This document shows positions 20,440 through 30,058 of a stretch of DNA of 64,000 bases, piece by piece. Under the pieces are notes generated by a model. It did no database searches and was not told where the DNA came from. It worked only from the letters and a program-made list of their open reading frames with translations. The stretch comes from Gemmatimonadota bacterium (GTDB lineage: Bacteria > Latescibacterota > UBA2968 > UBA8231). The position numbers were made by a program, and so were the translations under genes. Location: assembly GCA_038128265.1 (NCBI GenBank), contig JAYPJE010000003.1, positions 61,278 through 125,277 on the forward strand. The letters run 5' to 3'. Every line of letters starts with the position of its first letter. The first letter of the stretch is position 1.

Positions 20440-21564
20440 TTAGAGCAGTCGGTGCGCGGCCAGCACGTCGTCATCGAGCTCTATACCCAATCCGGGCGCA
20501 TCCGGGACGGCGATATAGCCATCTTGCAGCACCTCCGCCGGACGCGTCAACTGCGCGCGCCACGGCACCTCACCAAAGGCATACTCCAAGACGGTGAAGT
20601 TAGAAATCGTCGCCGCCAGATGCACACCGGCCATCGTCGAAACGGGACCGGCCGGGCTGTGCGGTGCCACCGGAATCTGCTTGACCTCTGCCATAGCTGC
20701 AATGCGCCGACACTCGGTAATACCGCCGGCGTGTTTTACGTCGGGCATCAGCACGTGCACGGCGCCCCGCTCGACATAGTCCCAAAACTGTTCGCGACCA
20801 AACATGGCCTCACCGCCGGCCGTGGTATGTCCAGAGTGCAGCGTAATATGGCGCAGTGCCTCAATCTGCTCACGCGGAACCGGCTCCTCAAACCAGTATA
20901 GGTTGAGCGGCAGGGTTTTATGGGCCACCTTCATCGCCAGAGCTAGATCAAAGCGCTGGTGGCAGTCGACGAGCAGCTCCACGTCGTCGCCAATAGCCCG
21001 CCTTGTGAACTCCAGGCGTTCGACGCCCTTATCGGCATCGCGCTCCACACCCGGCCGATCCATCGTGCGCCAGCGCACTTCGTCAAAGGGCGTCGCCTTC
21101 ACAGCACTGAACCCAGCATCAACCGCGCGCGCAGCCGCATCGGCAAAGCCCTGCGGACTGCGATCGCGAGTGCCGCGATTGAGGTTGGCATAAACCCGCA
21201 CTCGATCGCGACGCTTGCCTCCCAGCAGACGCCACACCGGCACATTGAGTGCCTTGCCTGCAATGTCCCATAAGGCCTGATCAATGGCGCTGATCGCCGT
21301 GGCGCCTACGCGCCCAGCATCACCCGAAAAAATGCCGCCCGAACGCACCATGCGCTCCCACAGCACCTCTGGCTGAGTGGGGTCGCAGCCGATCAGGCGC
21401 TGTCCCATCCGTTCCAGCGCCGCGAGCACCAGCGCATCGTTGCCGCTCTGACTAGCTTCTCCAATGCCGCTTATACCCGCATCCGTATGCAGTTGAACAA
21501 AGTGCCAGTTGCCGCGCTGCGAAGCTTCGACCCCGTGCACCGTTAACTCCGTTATCTTCATCAC
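20440..21564 (-). CDS. Mandelate racemase/galactonate dehydratase-like enolase-superfamily enzyme
   Basis: SAIDQALWDIAGK, LLGGK.RDRV, VDCH, WFEEP, GGE, PDVKHAGGITE, APH and PDAPGLG motifs. Confidence 0.9.
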   Translation of the reverse strand: MMKITELTVHGVEASQRGNWHFVQLHTDAGISGIGEASQSGNDALVLAALERMGQRLIGCDPTQPEVLWERMVRSGGIFSGDAGRVGATAISAIDQALWDIAGKALNVPVWRLLGGKRRDRVRVYANLNRGTRDRSPQGFADAAARAVDAGFSAVKATPFDEVRWRTMDRPGVERDADKGVERLEFTRRAIGDDVELLVDCHQRFDLALAMKVAHKTLPLNLYWFEEPVPREQIEALRHITLHSGHTTAGGEAMFGREQFWDYVERGAVHVLMPDVKHAGGITECRRIAAMAEVKQIPVAPHSPAGPVSTMAGVHLAATISNFTVLEYAFGEVPWRAQLTRPAEVLQDGYIAVPDAPGLGIELDDDVLAAHRLL

Positions 21565-22862
21565 TCCTCCATGTCAATCTGCGCACCTAGCGATTTCATA
21601 TCGCGGAAGAATGCAGGGTAGGATTTGTTGACGTTTTCAGCATCGAGTATCGTCAGGCCGCGCCGGCAGCGCATTCCGACAATCGTCAGCATCTGCGCAA
21701 CGCGATGGTCGTGGTGCGTCTCCACGGCGACGCCCCCTTCGTAGCCGTTGGGGTTGCCGCGCACGACGATCTCGCTCTCGCCCTCCTCGCAGTCAACGCC
21801 TAGGCTGCGCAGCTCGCGCACCGGCACGCTAATTCGATCGCATTCCTTCAGGCGCAAATTGCCAATGCCGTAAAACCGACTCTCTCCTTCGGCCAGCGCG
21901 GCCGCCGCGACCATGGCCAAGACGGCATCGGTAGCGCGGTCCCCGTCAAATTGTGCTGCGCGTAGCGCCCCGCTGCCGCTAAAATGCACCGATTGCCCAT
22001 CGTGCTCGAGCACACAGCCCATCTCGCGCAGCAGCGGCAACACGGCGCGCTCGCCCTGGCTGTCGGCAAATAGTCGGTCCAACCTAAAGTTACCACCGGC
22101 TACGGCACCGGCTGCCAGCAGCGCGGCGCTGGATGGATAGTCGCCGTTAACCGAGTATTCGCCGGCGCGATAGACCTGTCCACCAGCGATGCGAAAGTGG
22201 AGCAAGTCATCGCCCGCTTCGATGTCTATACCAGCCTGGCGCATCACTTCTAGCGTGGTGTGCACCAGCGGCTGGGACACCAGACCATTGCGCACTTCGA
22301 TTTCTACGTCTTCACCTATTAGCGGCGCCATAAAGAGCAGCGCGCTGAGATACTGGGAGCTGTTGGCGCCGCTCACCCAAACGCGTCCGCCGTGCAGCCG
22401 AGCGCCGCGCAGAACAACGGGGAGTTTCCCGTCGCGGGACTCACTCTGAACACCCAGCTGCTCCAGGGCCTGTAGCAGGTCGCCGTGCGGCCGGGTGCCA
22501 AGCGAATCGGCATAGTCGGTTTCAAAGCGAATTTCATCGAGCTGAGCACCAACGCCCATTAGCAGGCGCAGCACGGCACCGGCATTGCCCGGGTTGATGA
22601 CGCCGGGGTTGTGGGGCCGGCCAGCAAACCCGCGCACGCGCGCGTACGGCCCTGCATCGTCGACCGCGTCTTCAATCTCCGCACCGTAAGCGCGCAGGCA
22701 TCGCCGCATAGCCGAGGCATCGTCGCTCTCGGCGGGAAAGCGCACGATGCTCTCACCGTCAGCAAGCGCTGCCACCAGCAGGTAGCGGGTCGTGTAATTT
22801 TTTGAGGAAGGTGGATCGAGTCGCCCGGACAAATTGCGGGTCGGGCGCACTAGAGCTCGCAT
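21561..22862 (-). CDS. aroA: 3-phosphoshikimate 1-carboxyvinyltransferase (EPSP synthase)
   Basis: PSSKNYTTR, GNAGAVLR, SSQYLSALL, GDYPSSA, LRLKECDRI, HHDHRVA and VNKSYPAFF motifs. Confidence 0.92.
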   Translation of the reverse strand: MRALVRPTRNLSGRLDPPSSKNYTTRYLLVAALADGESIVRFPAESDDASAMRRCLRAYGAEIEDAVDDAGPYARVRGFAGRPHNPGVINPGNAGAVLRLLMGVGAQLDEIRFETDYADSLGTRPHGDLLQALEQLGVQSESRDGKLPVVLRGARLHGGRVWVSGANSSQYLSALLFMAPLIGEDVEIEVRNGLVSQPLVHTTLEVMRQAGIDIEAGDDLLHFRIAGGQVYRAGEYSVNGDYPSSAALLAAGAVAGGNFRLDRLFADSQGERAVLPLLREMGCVLEHDGQSVHFSGSGALRAAQFDGDRATDAVLAMVAAAALAEGESRFYGIGNLRLKECDRISVPVRELRSLGVDCEEGESEIVVRGNPNGYEGGVAVETHHDHRVAQMLTIVGMRCRRGLTILDAENVNKSYPAFFRDMKSLGAQIDMEE

Positions 22863-22955
22863 GGAATCTATCCTGTGTGGATTGGTAGCAAGTGGGAAAA
22901 TCGTTCAAAAAATAAACAACGGGCCGTCAAAAGGCGAACGACACTGCAGGAGCGC

Positions 22956-24035
22956 TCAGCCGCGCCGAAACAGCGTTATACAGCGCGGCCGGTAGGTGCG
23001 CTGCACCATACTGCGCTCGTCCCGTAGTTTCCACTGCGCATCGCTCTGCTGTAGAACGCGGCTTAGCGCAGTAGCGTCTTCCGAAATAAACACCGCCCGA
23101 CCGCCAGGCCTGCACAGGCGCGCTGCTTCGGCGAAAACCTGCTCGTATAGGAGCGCATTTTCCGCGCGCACGCCGTGCGTCCTGCCATAGGGCAGATCGG
23201 CCATCACCACATCAAACGTCGCATCGGGCAAGGGACACACGCGCACATCGCCCTGCACCAGGCGCAGATGCGCGCTCACACCGGCGGCCTGCGCATTGGT
23301 GCGGCTCGCACTAATAGCATGCGCAGAAGCGTCTATACCTATGGCGCAGAAGGCGCGCTGGCGCAGCAGACGTTCAATAAGCAGCGTGCCGCCTCCGCAC
23401 ATAAGGTTGACAACGCGATCGGCGCGCTGCGGTTTCGATAGCTCAACCATACTGGCCGCCAGTGCGGCATTGAGGCTACCGCGATAGTCTACCTGCCGCC
23501 ACGATCGCGTTGCCAGCGGCCTGTTGCCCACTCTGGACAGCACTTCCCACCCGGCTTCACCGGGACGAAAGACGAGCACGCCATCGCCCCCTTCCCGATC
23601 AAACGGCATATGCAGCGCATCTTCCAACGACCGGGCAATGCGGCGCATCGTCGGTGATTCGGCACCGGCCGCGTCAAAGCGCAAACTCCCAGCTGGCTCG
23701 ACGCCCGGCACGGCCTGCGCCTGCCGCACCAATTCAACCAGGGCGGCCAAGTGCTCTGGACTCAGCAGCGTGCGCGGGCGCTGAACGGCAAAGTCCCTGC
23801 GCACAAAGAGCGACTGCACCGTGCGCAGCCCTAGTAAGGGCGCCGCGTCTCCCCCGTAGAGAAAGTGTATCTCATCGCTGCGCCGGTGGCCCAACAGCGC
23901 GCACTCCCCGCGCAGGCGACGGACAATTTCACCGCGAGCAATGTCCTCACAGCCCTCCAGGGCGGCGGCGACCCACAGCGTTTGCGCGCCATGCCCCTTG
24001 CCGTGGAGCCTCGATTTCTGGCGTCTCTTGCTCAT
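22956..24035 (-). CDS. THUMP-like/UPF0020 class I SAM-dependent RNA methyltransferase
   Basis: GSLNAALAASM, NLMCGGGTLLIE and ADLPYG motifs. Start uncertain. Confidence 0.8.
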   Translation of the reverse strand: MSKRRQKSRLHGKGHGAQTLWVAAALEGCEDIARGEIVRRLRGECALLGHRRSDEIHFLYGGDAAPLLGLRTVQSLFVRRDFAVQRPRTLLSPEHLAALVELVRQAQAVPGVEPAGSLRFDAAGAESPTMRRIARSLEDALHMPFDREGGDGVLVFRPGEAGWEVLSRVGNRPLATRSWRQVDYRGSLNAALAASMVELSKPQRADRVVNLMCGGGTLLIERLLRQRAFCAIGIDASAHAISASRTNAQAAGVSAHLRLVQGDVRVCPLPDATFDVVMADLPYGRTHGVRAENALLYEQVFAEAARLCRPGGRAVFISEDATALSRVLQQSDAQWKLRDERSMVQRTYRPRCITLFRRG

Positions 24036-24260
24036 CGCAATCCAGGGCCGCTGTGTGAGCGCGCTCGAGTTGAGCAACTATACAATGCGCACCGATTCGG
24101 CCAGCGCAGGCCTGCCATTCGTCCCATCAATACCTTCTTAGCATAGATAGCGTACACCATTCTCTGCTCTTTAAGCTACGCACCGCTCTTTTCTCATACA
24201 CCTGCATTGCGTTAGTTATATCCACTAGTATGATAAGCCTTTTTACCATAGAGTACGCGC

Positions 24261-26477
24261 ATGGATCTCTTTGACGCCGGCCTAGTCGCACGACAAGAGC
24301 GCGATCAGCCGCTGGCTGCGCGCCTGCGCCCGCGCACGCTCGACGAGTATGTCGGCCAAGAACACATACTCGGACCGGGACGCCTTCTGCGCCGCGCCAT
24401 TCAGGCCGATCAGCTCTCCTCGCTGATTTTCTACGGCCCACCTGGAACCGGCAAGACCACGCTGGCCTCCGTTATTGCGCACACCACGCGCTCGCATTTT
24501 ATCTCCATCAATGCAGTGCTAGCCGGAGTCGGCGAAATACGAAAGGCCATAGAGGAGGCACAGGAACGACGCAAGCTGCACGACCAGCGCACCATCCTCT
24601 TTATCGACGAGGTCCACCGCTTCAACAAGGCGCAGCAGGATGCCTTGCTACCGTGGGTAGAAAACGGCATCGTCATCCTCGTTGGCGCCACCACGGAAAA
24701 TCCTTACTTCTCCGTAAACCGCCCCCTGCTTTCGCGCAGTCGCGTTTTCCAACTCAAAGGGCTCGATGCCAACGACCTTCGGCGCATAGTCGAACACGCA
24801 CTTTCGGCACCCAACGGCTATGGGCATGTCAAAGTCGCCCTCGAAGAGAAGGCGCTCAACCACCTAGTCGACGTGGCCAACGGCGATGCCCGCGCCCTGC
24901 TTAACGCACTCGAACTGGCCGTCGAGACAACCGCCCCGGATACCCAGGGTCACATCGTCGTCAGCCTAGAAGTAGCCGAGGAGTCGATTCAGCAGCGCGC
25001 GCTGCTGTACGATAAGGAGGGCGACTACCACTTCGATACGATCAGTGCGTTTATAAAATCTATGCGCGGCTCGGATCCCGATGCCACGCTATACTGGCTG
25101 GCGCGCATGGTCTATGCCGGCGAAGACCCGCTCTTTATCCTGCGTCGCATGCTCATCTTTGCCAGCGAAGACGTCGGCTTGGCCGACCCCCACGCCCTAC
25201 AGGTCGTCACCAGCGCCAGCATTGCATTTGACCGCGTCGGCCTGCCCGAGGGCCGTTTCGCCCTATCGCACGCCGCGCTCTATCTGGCAACGGCGCCCAA
25301 GAGCAATTCGACTATGGCCTTTTTCGATGCGCTCACCGCGGTGGAAAAAGAGGTCGAAGAAGACGTACCCAACCACCTGAAGGACGCCAGCCGAGACAGC
25401 GAAGGGTTTGGCCACGGCGCCAATTACCTATACCCACACGCCTTTCGAGAACACTGGGTCGCCCAGCAGTACCTGCCGGGCAGCCTGCAGGGTCGCGTAT
25501 TTTACCAGCCAGCTGACAGCGGGCGCGAAAAGGCGCTGGCCGACCAAGTGCGGCGACAACGCGAACTGCAGCTGGCAGCCATGCTGGAAAGTCAGTCGAC
25601 GCCCGAGATTCTTAGCTTTTCACCGCCCGACAAGGCGCGCGACCAGTGGCTACAGCGCGCAGCGGGCCAGCACGGGGCGCAGTTGGAAACGCTGCGTAAG
25701 CGCCTTATAGAAGCCCTGCACATCGAGCGCCACCACCTCGTTCTCGACCTCAACTCCGGCACGGGTTTGCTGGCCTGGGAAGCGCTGCGCCACGCCCCGG
25801 AAGGCGGCGTCTGGATGCACACCCCCGACAAGGCCACGGCGGTTGCACTGCACGAAATAGCCGCTCGCCTGCCCGAATTGGAACGTCCGCACATGCTGCA
25901 TGGCTCCTTGACACAGCTCGACGAACTGCTCGACGCAGAAGAGGAGAGCATGCGCTTTGACGGCATCTGCGGACGCAATGCCCTCGGCAGCCTCGACGCT
26001 AAAGAACGCATTGTGGCGCGCATTGTGCGACGCCTACTGCCAGGCGGACATCTAGCGCTGGCCGAAGTGCTATCGCGCCGCGCCCAGCGGCTCCACCGCT
26101 TGGTCAACCTCGACGCGCTCGACGCCTCTCTGGCCCGACGCTTTGTCGAAGCCGAAGAGGCCATTTACGAAGACGAGGGCAATCCACACGTGGCGTGGGA
26201 CGCCGACGGCATCCGCGCCCACTTTGCCGCGACCGGACTGGCATCGTTGGAGGTGCACTGCGAAGAGGTCTGCGGTCAGCGCCACATTAGCCCTCAACAG
26301 CTGGCCCACTGGTTTGATCCCGGCGGCGAAAAACGACACACTTATACGCACTACCTGAGCAAACACCTCGATGGGGACGAAATACGGACCGTTCGCCACC
26401 TGTTTGAAAAGGAGCTGGCACATAAAACGCTCCCCTGGTCCACCACGCACGTCTACATAACGGGCCGCGCCCCCTAA
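24261..26477 (+). CDS. rarA: Replication-associated recombination protein RarA/MgsA fused to a C-terminal methyltransferase-like domain
   Basis: PLAARLRPRTL, GPPGTGKTT, FIDEVHRFNKAQQD, GATTENP, SAFIKSMRGSDPD and ASEDVGLADP; C-terminal VLDLNSGTGLL. Confidence 0.93.
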   Translation: MDLFDAGLVARQERDQPLAARLRPRTLDEYVGQEHILGPGRLLRRAIQADQLSSLIFYGPPGTGKTTLASVIAHTTRSHFISINAVLAGVGEIRKAIEEAQERRKLHDQRTILFIDEVHRFNKAQQDALLPWVENGIVILVGATTENPYFSVNRPLLSRSRVFQLKGLDANDLRRIVEHALSAPNGYGHVKVALEEKALNHLVDVANGDARALLNALELAVETTAPDTQGHIVVSLEVAEESIQQRALLYDKEGDYHFDTISAFIKSMRGSDPDATLYWLARMVYAGEDPLFILRRMLIFASEDVGLADPHALQVVTSASIAFDRVGLPEGRFALSHAALYLATAPKSNSTMAFFDALTAVEKEVEEDVPNHLKDASRDSEGFGHGANYLYPHAFREHWVAQQYLPGSLQGRVFYQPADSGREKALADQVRRQRELQLAAMLESQSTPEILSFSPPDKARDQWLQRAAGQHGAQLETLRKRLIEALHIERHHLVLDLNSGTGLLAWEALRHAPEGGVWMHTPDKATAVALHEIAARLPELERPHMLHGSLTQLDELLDAEEESMRFDGICGRNALGSLDAKERIVARIVRRLLPGGHLALAEVLSRRAQRLHRLVNLDALDASLARRFVEAEEAIYEDEGNPHVAWDADGIRAHFAATGLASLEVHCEEVCGQRHISPQQLAHWFDPGGEKRHTYTHYLSKHLDGDEIRTVRHLFEKELAHKTLPWSTTHVYITGRAP

Positions 26478-26586
26478 CCCCAAGCGCAATATAGTGGTTG
26501 ATTTGAACTGTGCGACCGCTTAAATTACGGGCCGATTCCGCAATGCAGCGCACTGTGCATCTAACTCCAACCTGTAGAAAGTGGTT

Positions 26587-27822
26587 ATGCGCGCCTCAAT
26601 TGCCGTTTTTTTCCTTTCAGTGACCCTGTCCCTATCCGCCTGTAGCACGACGGAACAGCAAATTACCGACTACGTCGAACAAATGGCGGCCAACCCAGTC
26701 GAGTCGCCAGCCTGGCGCGAAGCAGTCGATGGGCTGATTGCCATAGGACGTCCCGCCGCCCGTCAGCTCACCGCTCAGCTCAACCCCGATCACTACGTGG
26801 GAGAGCACTACCGCGAATTTCGCGCGGAGCAGGAAAAGCTGCGCACCGGCAGTGCCCGCGTGCTGGGCAGGATAAAGCCGCGCGGTGCCACGGGCCCCCT
26901 CAAAGATCGCATCACGGCCGCCTATACCGACGCCGAACGCATCGCCTGCATCTGGGCCGTGGGCGAAATTGGCTTTGTCCAGGCCGGCGTCGACGCACTC
27001 AAAGCCCAGCTGTCGGATAGCAATCCACTCATCCGCCTGCACGCGGCCATTGCCTTGCTCAAAATGGACGATGAGTCCGGCTACGAAGAAATCGCCGCGG
27101 CGATAGGAGGCACGGATGACGCGCAGGCGCGTATCGCGCTCGACGGCCTAGCGGAAGCCAAGCACTTCGGCGTGCCCCTGATGACCCGCACAGCGCATGC
27201 CGAGGGGCCCCGCCAGAGCGCTCTACGCCAGACCATTGACCAAGTATCCGCCGAACTAATCGAGCAGCTTGATCACGAGGATCCGGAAATGCGGCGGCGC
27301 GCTGCCATCGCGCTGGGTCAGGTTGGCGACGCACAGCACGTCGACGCGCTCGTCGAACGGCTCTCGGATCCCAGCAACCAGGTCCGCTTTAGCACGGCGG
27401 CAGCGCTGGCCGGCATGGATCAGGCCGCAGGCATCGACTTTCTCTTTAGCGCCATGCGCGATGCCGATCCGATTCTCCGCACCAATGCGGTCAAGTTCCT
27501 AGCCGACGTGCAAAAGGACACCGGCACCGTTGAGGCTCAGCTGATCGAAGCCCTCTCCAACTCGGAGCCCCTCACGCGTGCGGGCGCGGCGCAGGTCCTC
27601 GGCCAGGCGCGCGTTGCAGCCGCCGTCAGCGCCCTTTCGCAGGCAACGGCCGACGCAGAAGCACAGGTGCGCGCCAACGCCGTCATCGCCCTGGGCCATA
27701 TTGGGCGCACCGAAAGTCGCTCTCCCATAGAGGCGCTGCTGAGTGACCCCGATGAAACCGTGGCATACTACGCAGAATGGGCGCTCCGACAACTCGATGT
27801 GCAACAGGGAGGAGAGGGCTGA
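26587..27822 (+). CDS. HEAT/PBS-repeat lipoprotein
   Basis: Lipobox LSAC; repeated L.D.dp.vR..Aa.ALG units. Confidence 0.85.
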   Translation: MRASIAVFFLSVTLSLSACSTTEQQITDYVEQMAANPVESPAWREAVDGLIAIGRPAARQLTAQLNPDHYVGEHYREFRAEQEKLRTGSARVLGRIKPRGATGPLKDRITAAYTDAERIACIWAVGEIGFVQAGVDALKAQLSDSNPLIRLHAAIALLKMDDESGYEEIAAAIGGTDDAQARIALDGLAEAKHFGVPLMTRTAHAEGPRQSALRQTIDQVSAELIEQLDHEDPEMRRRAAIALGQVGDAQHVDALVERLSDPSNQVRFSTAAALAGMDQAAGIDFLFSAMRDADPILRTNAVKFLADVQKDTGTVEAQLIEALSNSEPLTRAGAAQVLGQARVAAAVSALSQATADAEAQVRANAVIALGHIGRTESRSPIEALLSDPDETVAYYAEWALRQLDVQQGGEG

Positions 27823-27823
27823 T

Positions 27824-28738
27824 ATGGGATTCGCTGTCAAGGTAGCGCACGCAGTCATCGCCTTTGCACTGCTTATCAGCCTGCGCGCAGAAGCGGCTGA
27901 AACGCCAGAGACCATTCTCATACGACAGACGCTGAGCGCCGATCTATCGGGCCATCGCCGCGGTGACTTAGACCTCGTTCTGTCGGCGTACGACGAATAC
28001 TTGGCGGCCTACGATGGCAACGGCAGTAGCGATCCACGCGGCTGGAGCATTCGCCATGAGGGCCGCGAGGCGCTGAGGGCCAGCATAGAGCAAGACCTGC
28101 AGGCCAACCGCTACGAAACGGTGCGCACCGTGCCGACCATTCAGGTTCGCGGCAACGTCGCAACGGCCACTACGATCGACTCGGGTCGCGTAGTAGACCG
28201 CCAGACGGGCGCAGCCCGCACGGTGTACGAGAAGCGCCTGTGGACGCTCTTTAAGCGCGAAGACAACTGGCGCGTCACCGCTTTTGTCACGGCGCTAGGC
28301 GATTCTACAGCACGTGCACTGCTATCTGAGAACGGCGAAGTAAGCGCCGTGCTCGCCCGCGAAGAAGAGGCACGCGAGGCTGGCGACAGCGGCGACCTGC
28401 TGTCCATCTTTGCCGAAAATTTTAGCGGCTACGACGGCAAGGAATCGCTCAACCCAGCCGCGTGGAAAATCATCTTTAGCGGCACGGAAGAGTTTGAGAA
28501 GCACCTCGTGCGCCGCCTACCGCACGTGGCGTACCAGGTGGATCGCCAGCTCCTTTCGACCCAGGTTGGCCCCCAGCAGCGCGAGGCCATCGCCGTAACG
28601 CGTGACAAGGTCCAGGTAACCCACGAGCGCGGCGAGTCGGAGCACGCCTTGGAACGCTACGTACTGTGGACGCTGAGCAAGCGCGATGGCGGTTGGAAAA
28701 TAACCAATATGCTCTACAACCTCGGCCCGTCCGAATGA
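27824..28738 (+). CDS. Secreted protein with two NTF2/SnoaL-like domains
   Basis: Signal peptide; two halves each ending in LWTL.KR...W..T; GGAGGAG RBS. Confidence 0.7.
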   Translation: MGFAVKVAHAVIAFALLISLRAEAAETPETILIRQTLSADLSGHRRGDLDLVLSAYDEYLAAYDGNGSSDPRGWSIRHEGREALRASIEQDLQANRYETVRTVPTIQVRGNVATATTIDSGRVVDRQTGAARTVYEKRLWTLFKREDNWRVTAFVTALGDSTARALLSENGEVSAVLAREEEAREAGDSGDLLSIFAENFSGYDGKESLNPAAWKIIFSGTEEFEKHLVRRLPHVAYQVDRQLLSTQVGPQQREAIAVTRDKVQVTHERGESEHALERYVLWTLSKRDGGWKITNMLYNLGPSE

Positions 28739-28744
28739 GGCGCT

Positions 28745-29986
28745 ATGAGCAGCAAGATAAACAACTACGAGAATACCAATCGCCTTTTTGACAAGGCAGC
28801 GGACCTCATCGACCTCGATGAGGAAACGCGCCTCCTCTTAAAAACGCCCTTCCGAGAAATCCAAGTTGAAATCCCGCTGCGGCTCGACGATGGCAGCCTA
28901 AAGATCTTTCTCGGCTACCGCGTGCAGCACAATGCCGCGCGCGGCCCGATGAAGGGCGGCCTGCGCTATCATCCCGAGGTTGACTTTGACGAAGTGCGCT
29001 CGCTCGCCTCGCTAATGACCTGGAAAACCGCCCTGGTCAACGTCCCTTTTGGCGGAGCGAAAGGGGGCATCAACTGCAATCCAAAAGAGCTGACTACGCG
29101 TGAGCTAGAACGCATTACGCGCAAGTTCACCTCCCGCCTTGGCTTTGCCTTTGGCATCCAGCAGGACATACCGGCACCCGACGTCAATACCAACGCGCAG
29201 ACCATGGCCTGGATCATGGACCAGTATAGCGCACAGTACGGCTATACGCCGGGTATTGTAACCGGTAAGCCGATTGAATTGGGCGGATCGCCCGGACGCG
29301 AAGCGGCCACGGGGCGGGGCGTCTCCATAATCACGCAGGCGGCTGCAGCCGACGAGGGCATAGACATTAACGGCGCCCGCGTGGTCGTACAGGGCTTTGG
29401 CAACGTGGGCTCCTATACGGCCCTCTTGCTACACGAAGCGGGTGCGAAAATTATTGCCGTCGGGGACCACACGGGCGCGATATACAACGGCGACGGGTTT
29501 GACGTGCCGGCCCTTTTCGAACACGCGCGCAGCACACGCAGCATCGCCGGTTTTGCCGGAGAAGCCATAGATGGTGCAGCGCTCCTCGAGCAGGACTGCG
29601 ACATACTCATCCCGGCAGCGTTGGGCGGCGTTATTACGCGCGACAACGCTGACAATATCCGCGCGCGCATGGTCGTCGAGGCAGCCAACTCGCCGATAAC
29701 AACGATCGGCGACGAGATTCTCGACGAACGCAATATAACGGTCGTCCCCGATATTCTCGCCAACGCCGGCGGCGTTACGGTATCCTACTTCGAATGGGTG
29801 CAAAACGTCCAGGCCTTTGGCTGGGACGAGACGCGCATCAACGAGCAGTTGGAGAAATACATGCTACGCGCCTACCAAGCGGTGCGCGATACGATGAAAG
29901 AGCGCGGGGCCCGCATGCGCACCGCCGCCTTTAGCATTGCCATTGCGCGCGTGGCCCATGCCGAGCGCATCCGCGGCGACCTGTAG
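28745..29986 (+). CDS. gdhA: Glu/Leu/Phe/Val dehydrogenase (glutamate dehydrogenase type)
   Basis: GYRVQHN, GPMKGGLRYHP, MTWK, PFGGAKGG, DIPAPDVNT, VTGKP, QGFGNVG and NAGGVTVSYFEW motifs. Confidence 0.93.
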   Translation: MSSKINNYENTNRLFDKAADLIDLDEETRLLLKTPFREIQVEIPLRLDDGSLKIFLGYRVQHNAARGPMKGGLRYHPEVDFDEVRSLASLMTWKTALVNVPFGGAKGGINCNPKELTTRELERITRKFTSRLGFAFGIQQDIPAPDVNTNAQTMAWIMDQYSAQYGYTPGIVTGKPIELGGSPGREAATGRGVSIITQAAAADEGIDINGARVVVQGFGNVGSYTALLLHEAGAKIIAVGDHTGAIYNGDGFDVPALFEHARSTRSIAGFAGEAIDGAALLEQDCDILIPAALGGVITRDNADNIRARMVVEAANSPITTIGDEILDERNITVVPDILANAGGVTVSYFEWVQNVQAFGWDETRINEQLEKYMLRAYQAVRDTMKERGARMRTAAFSIAIARVAHAERIRGDL

Positions 29987-30058
29987 GGCAAATAACGCGC
30001 CGTTTGGAGCGCTCCCACGCGCCACATAAGCACCGCGTATCCATGCACGGGAGGGCAC

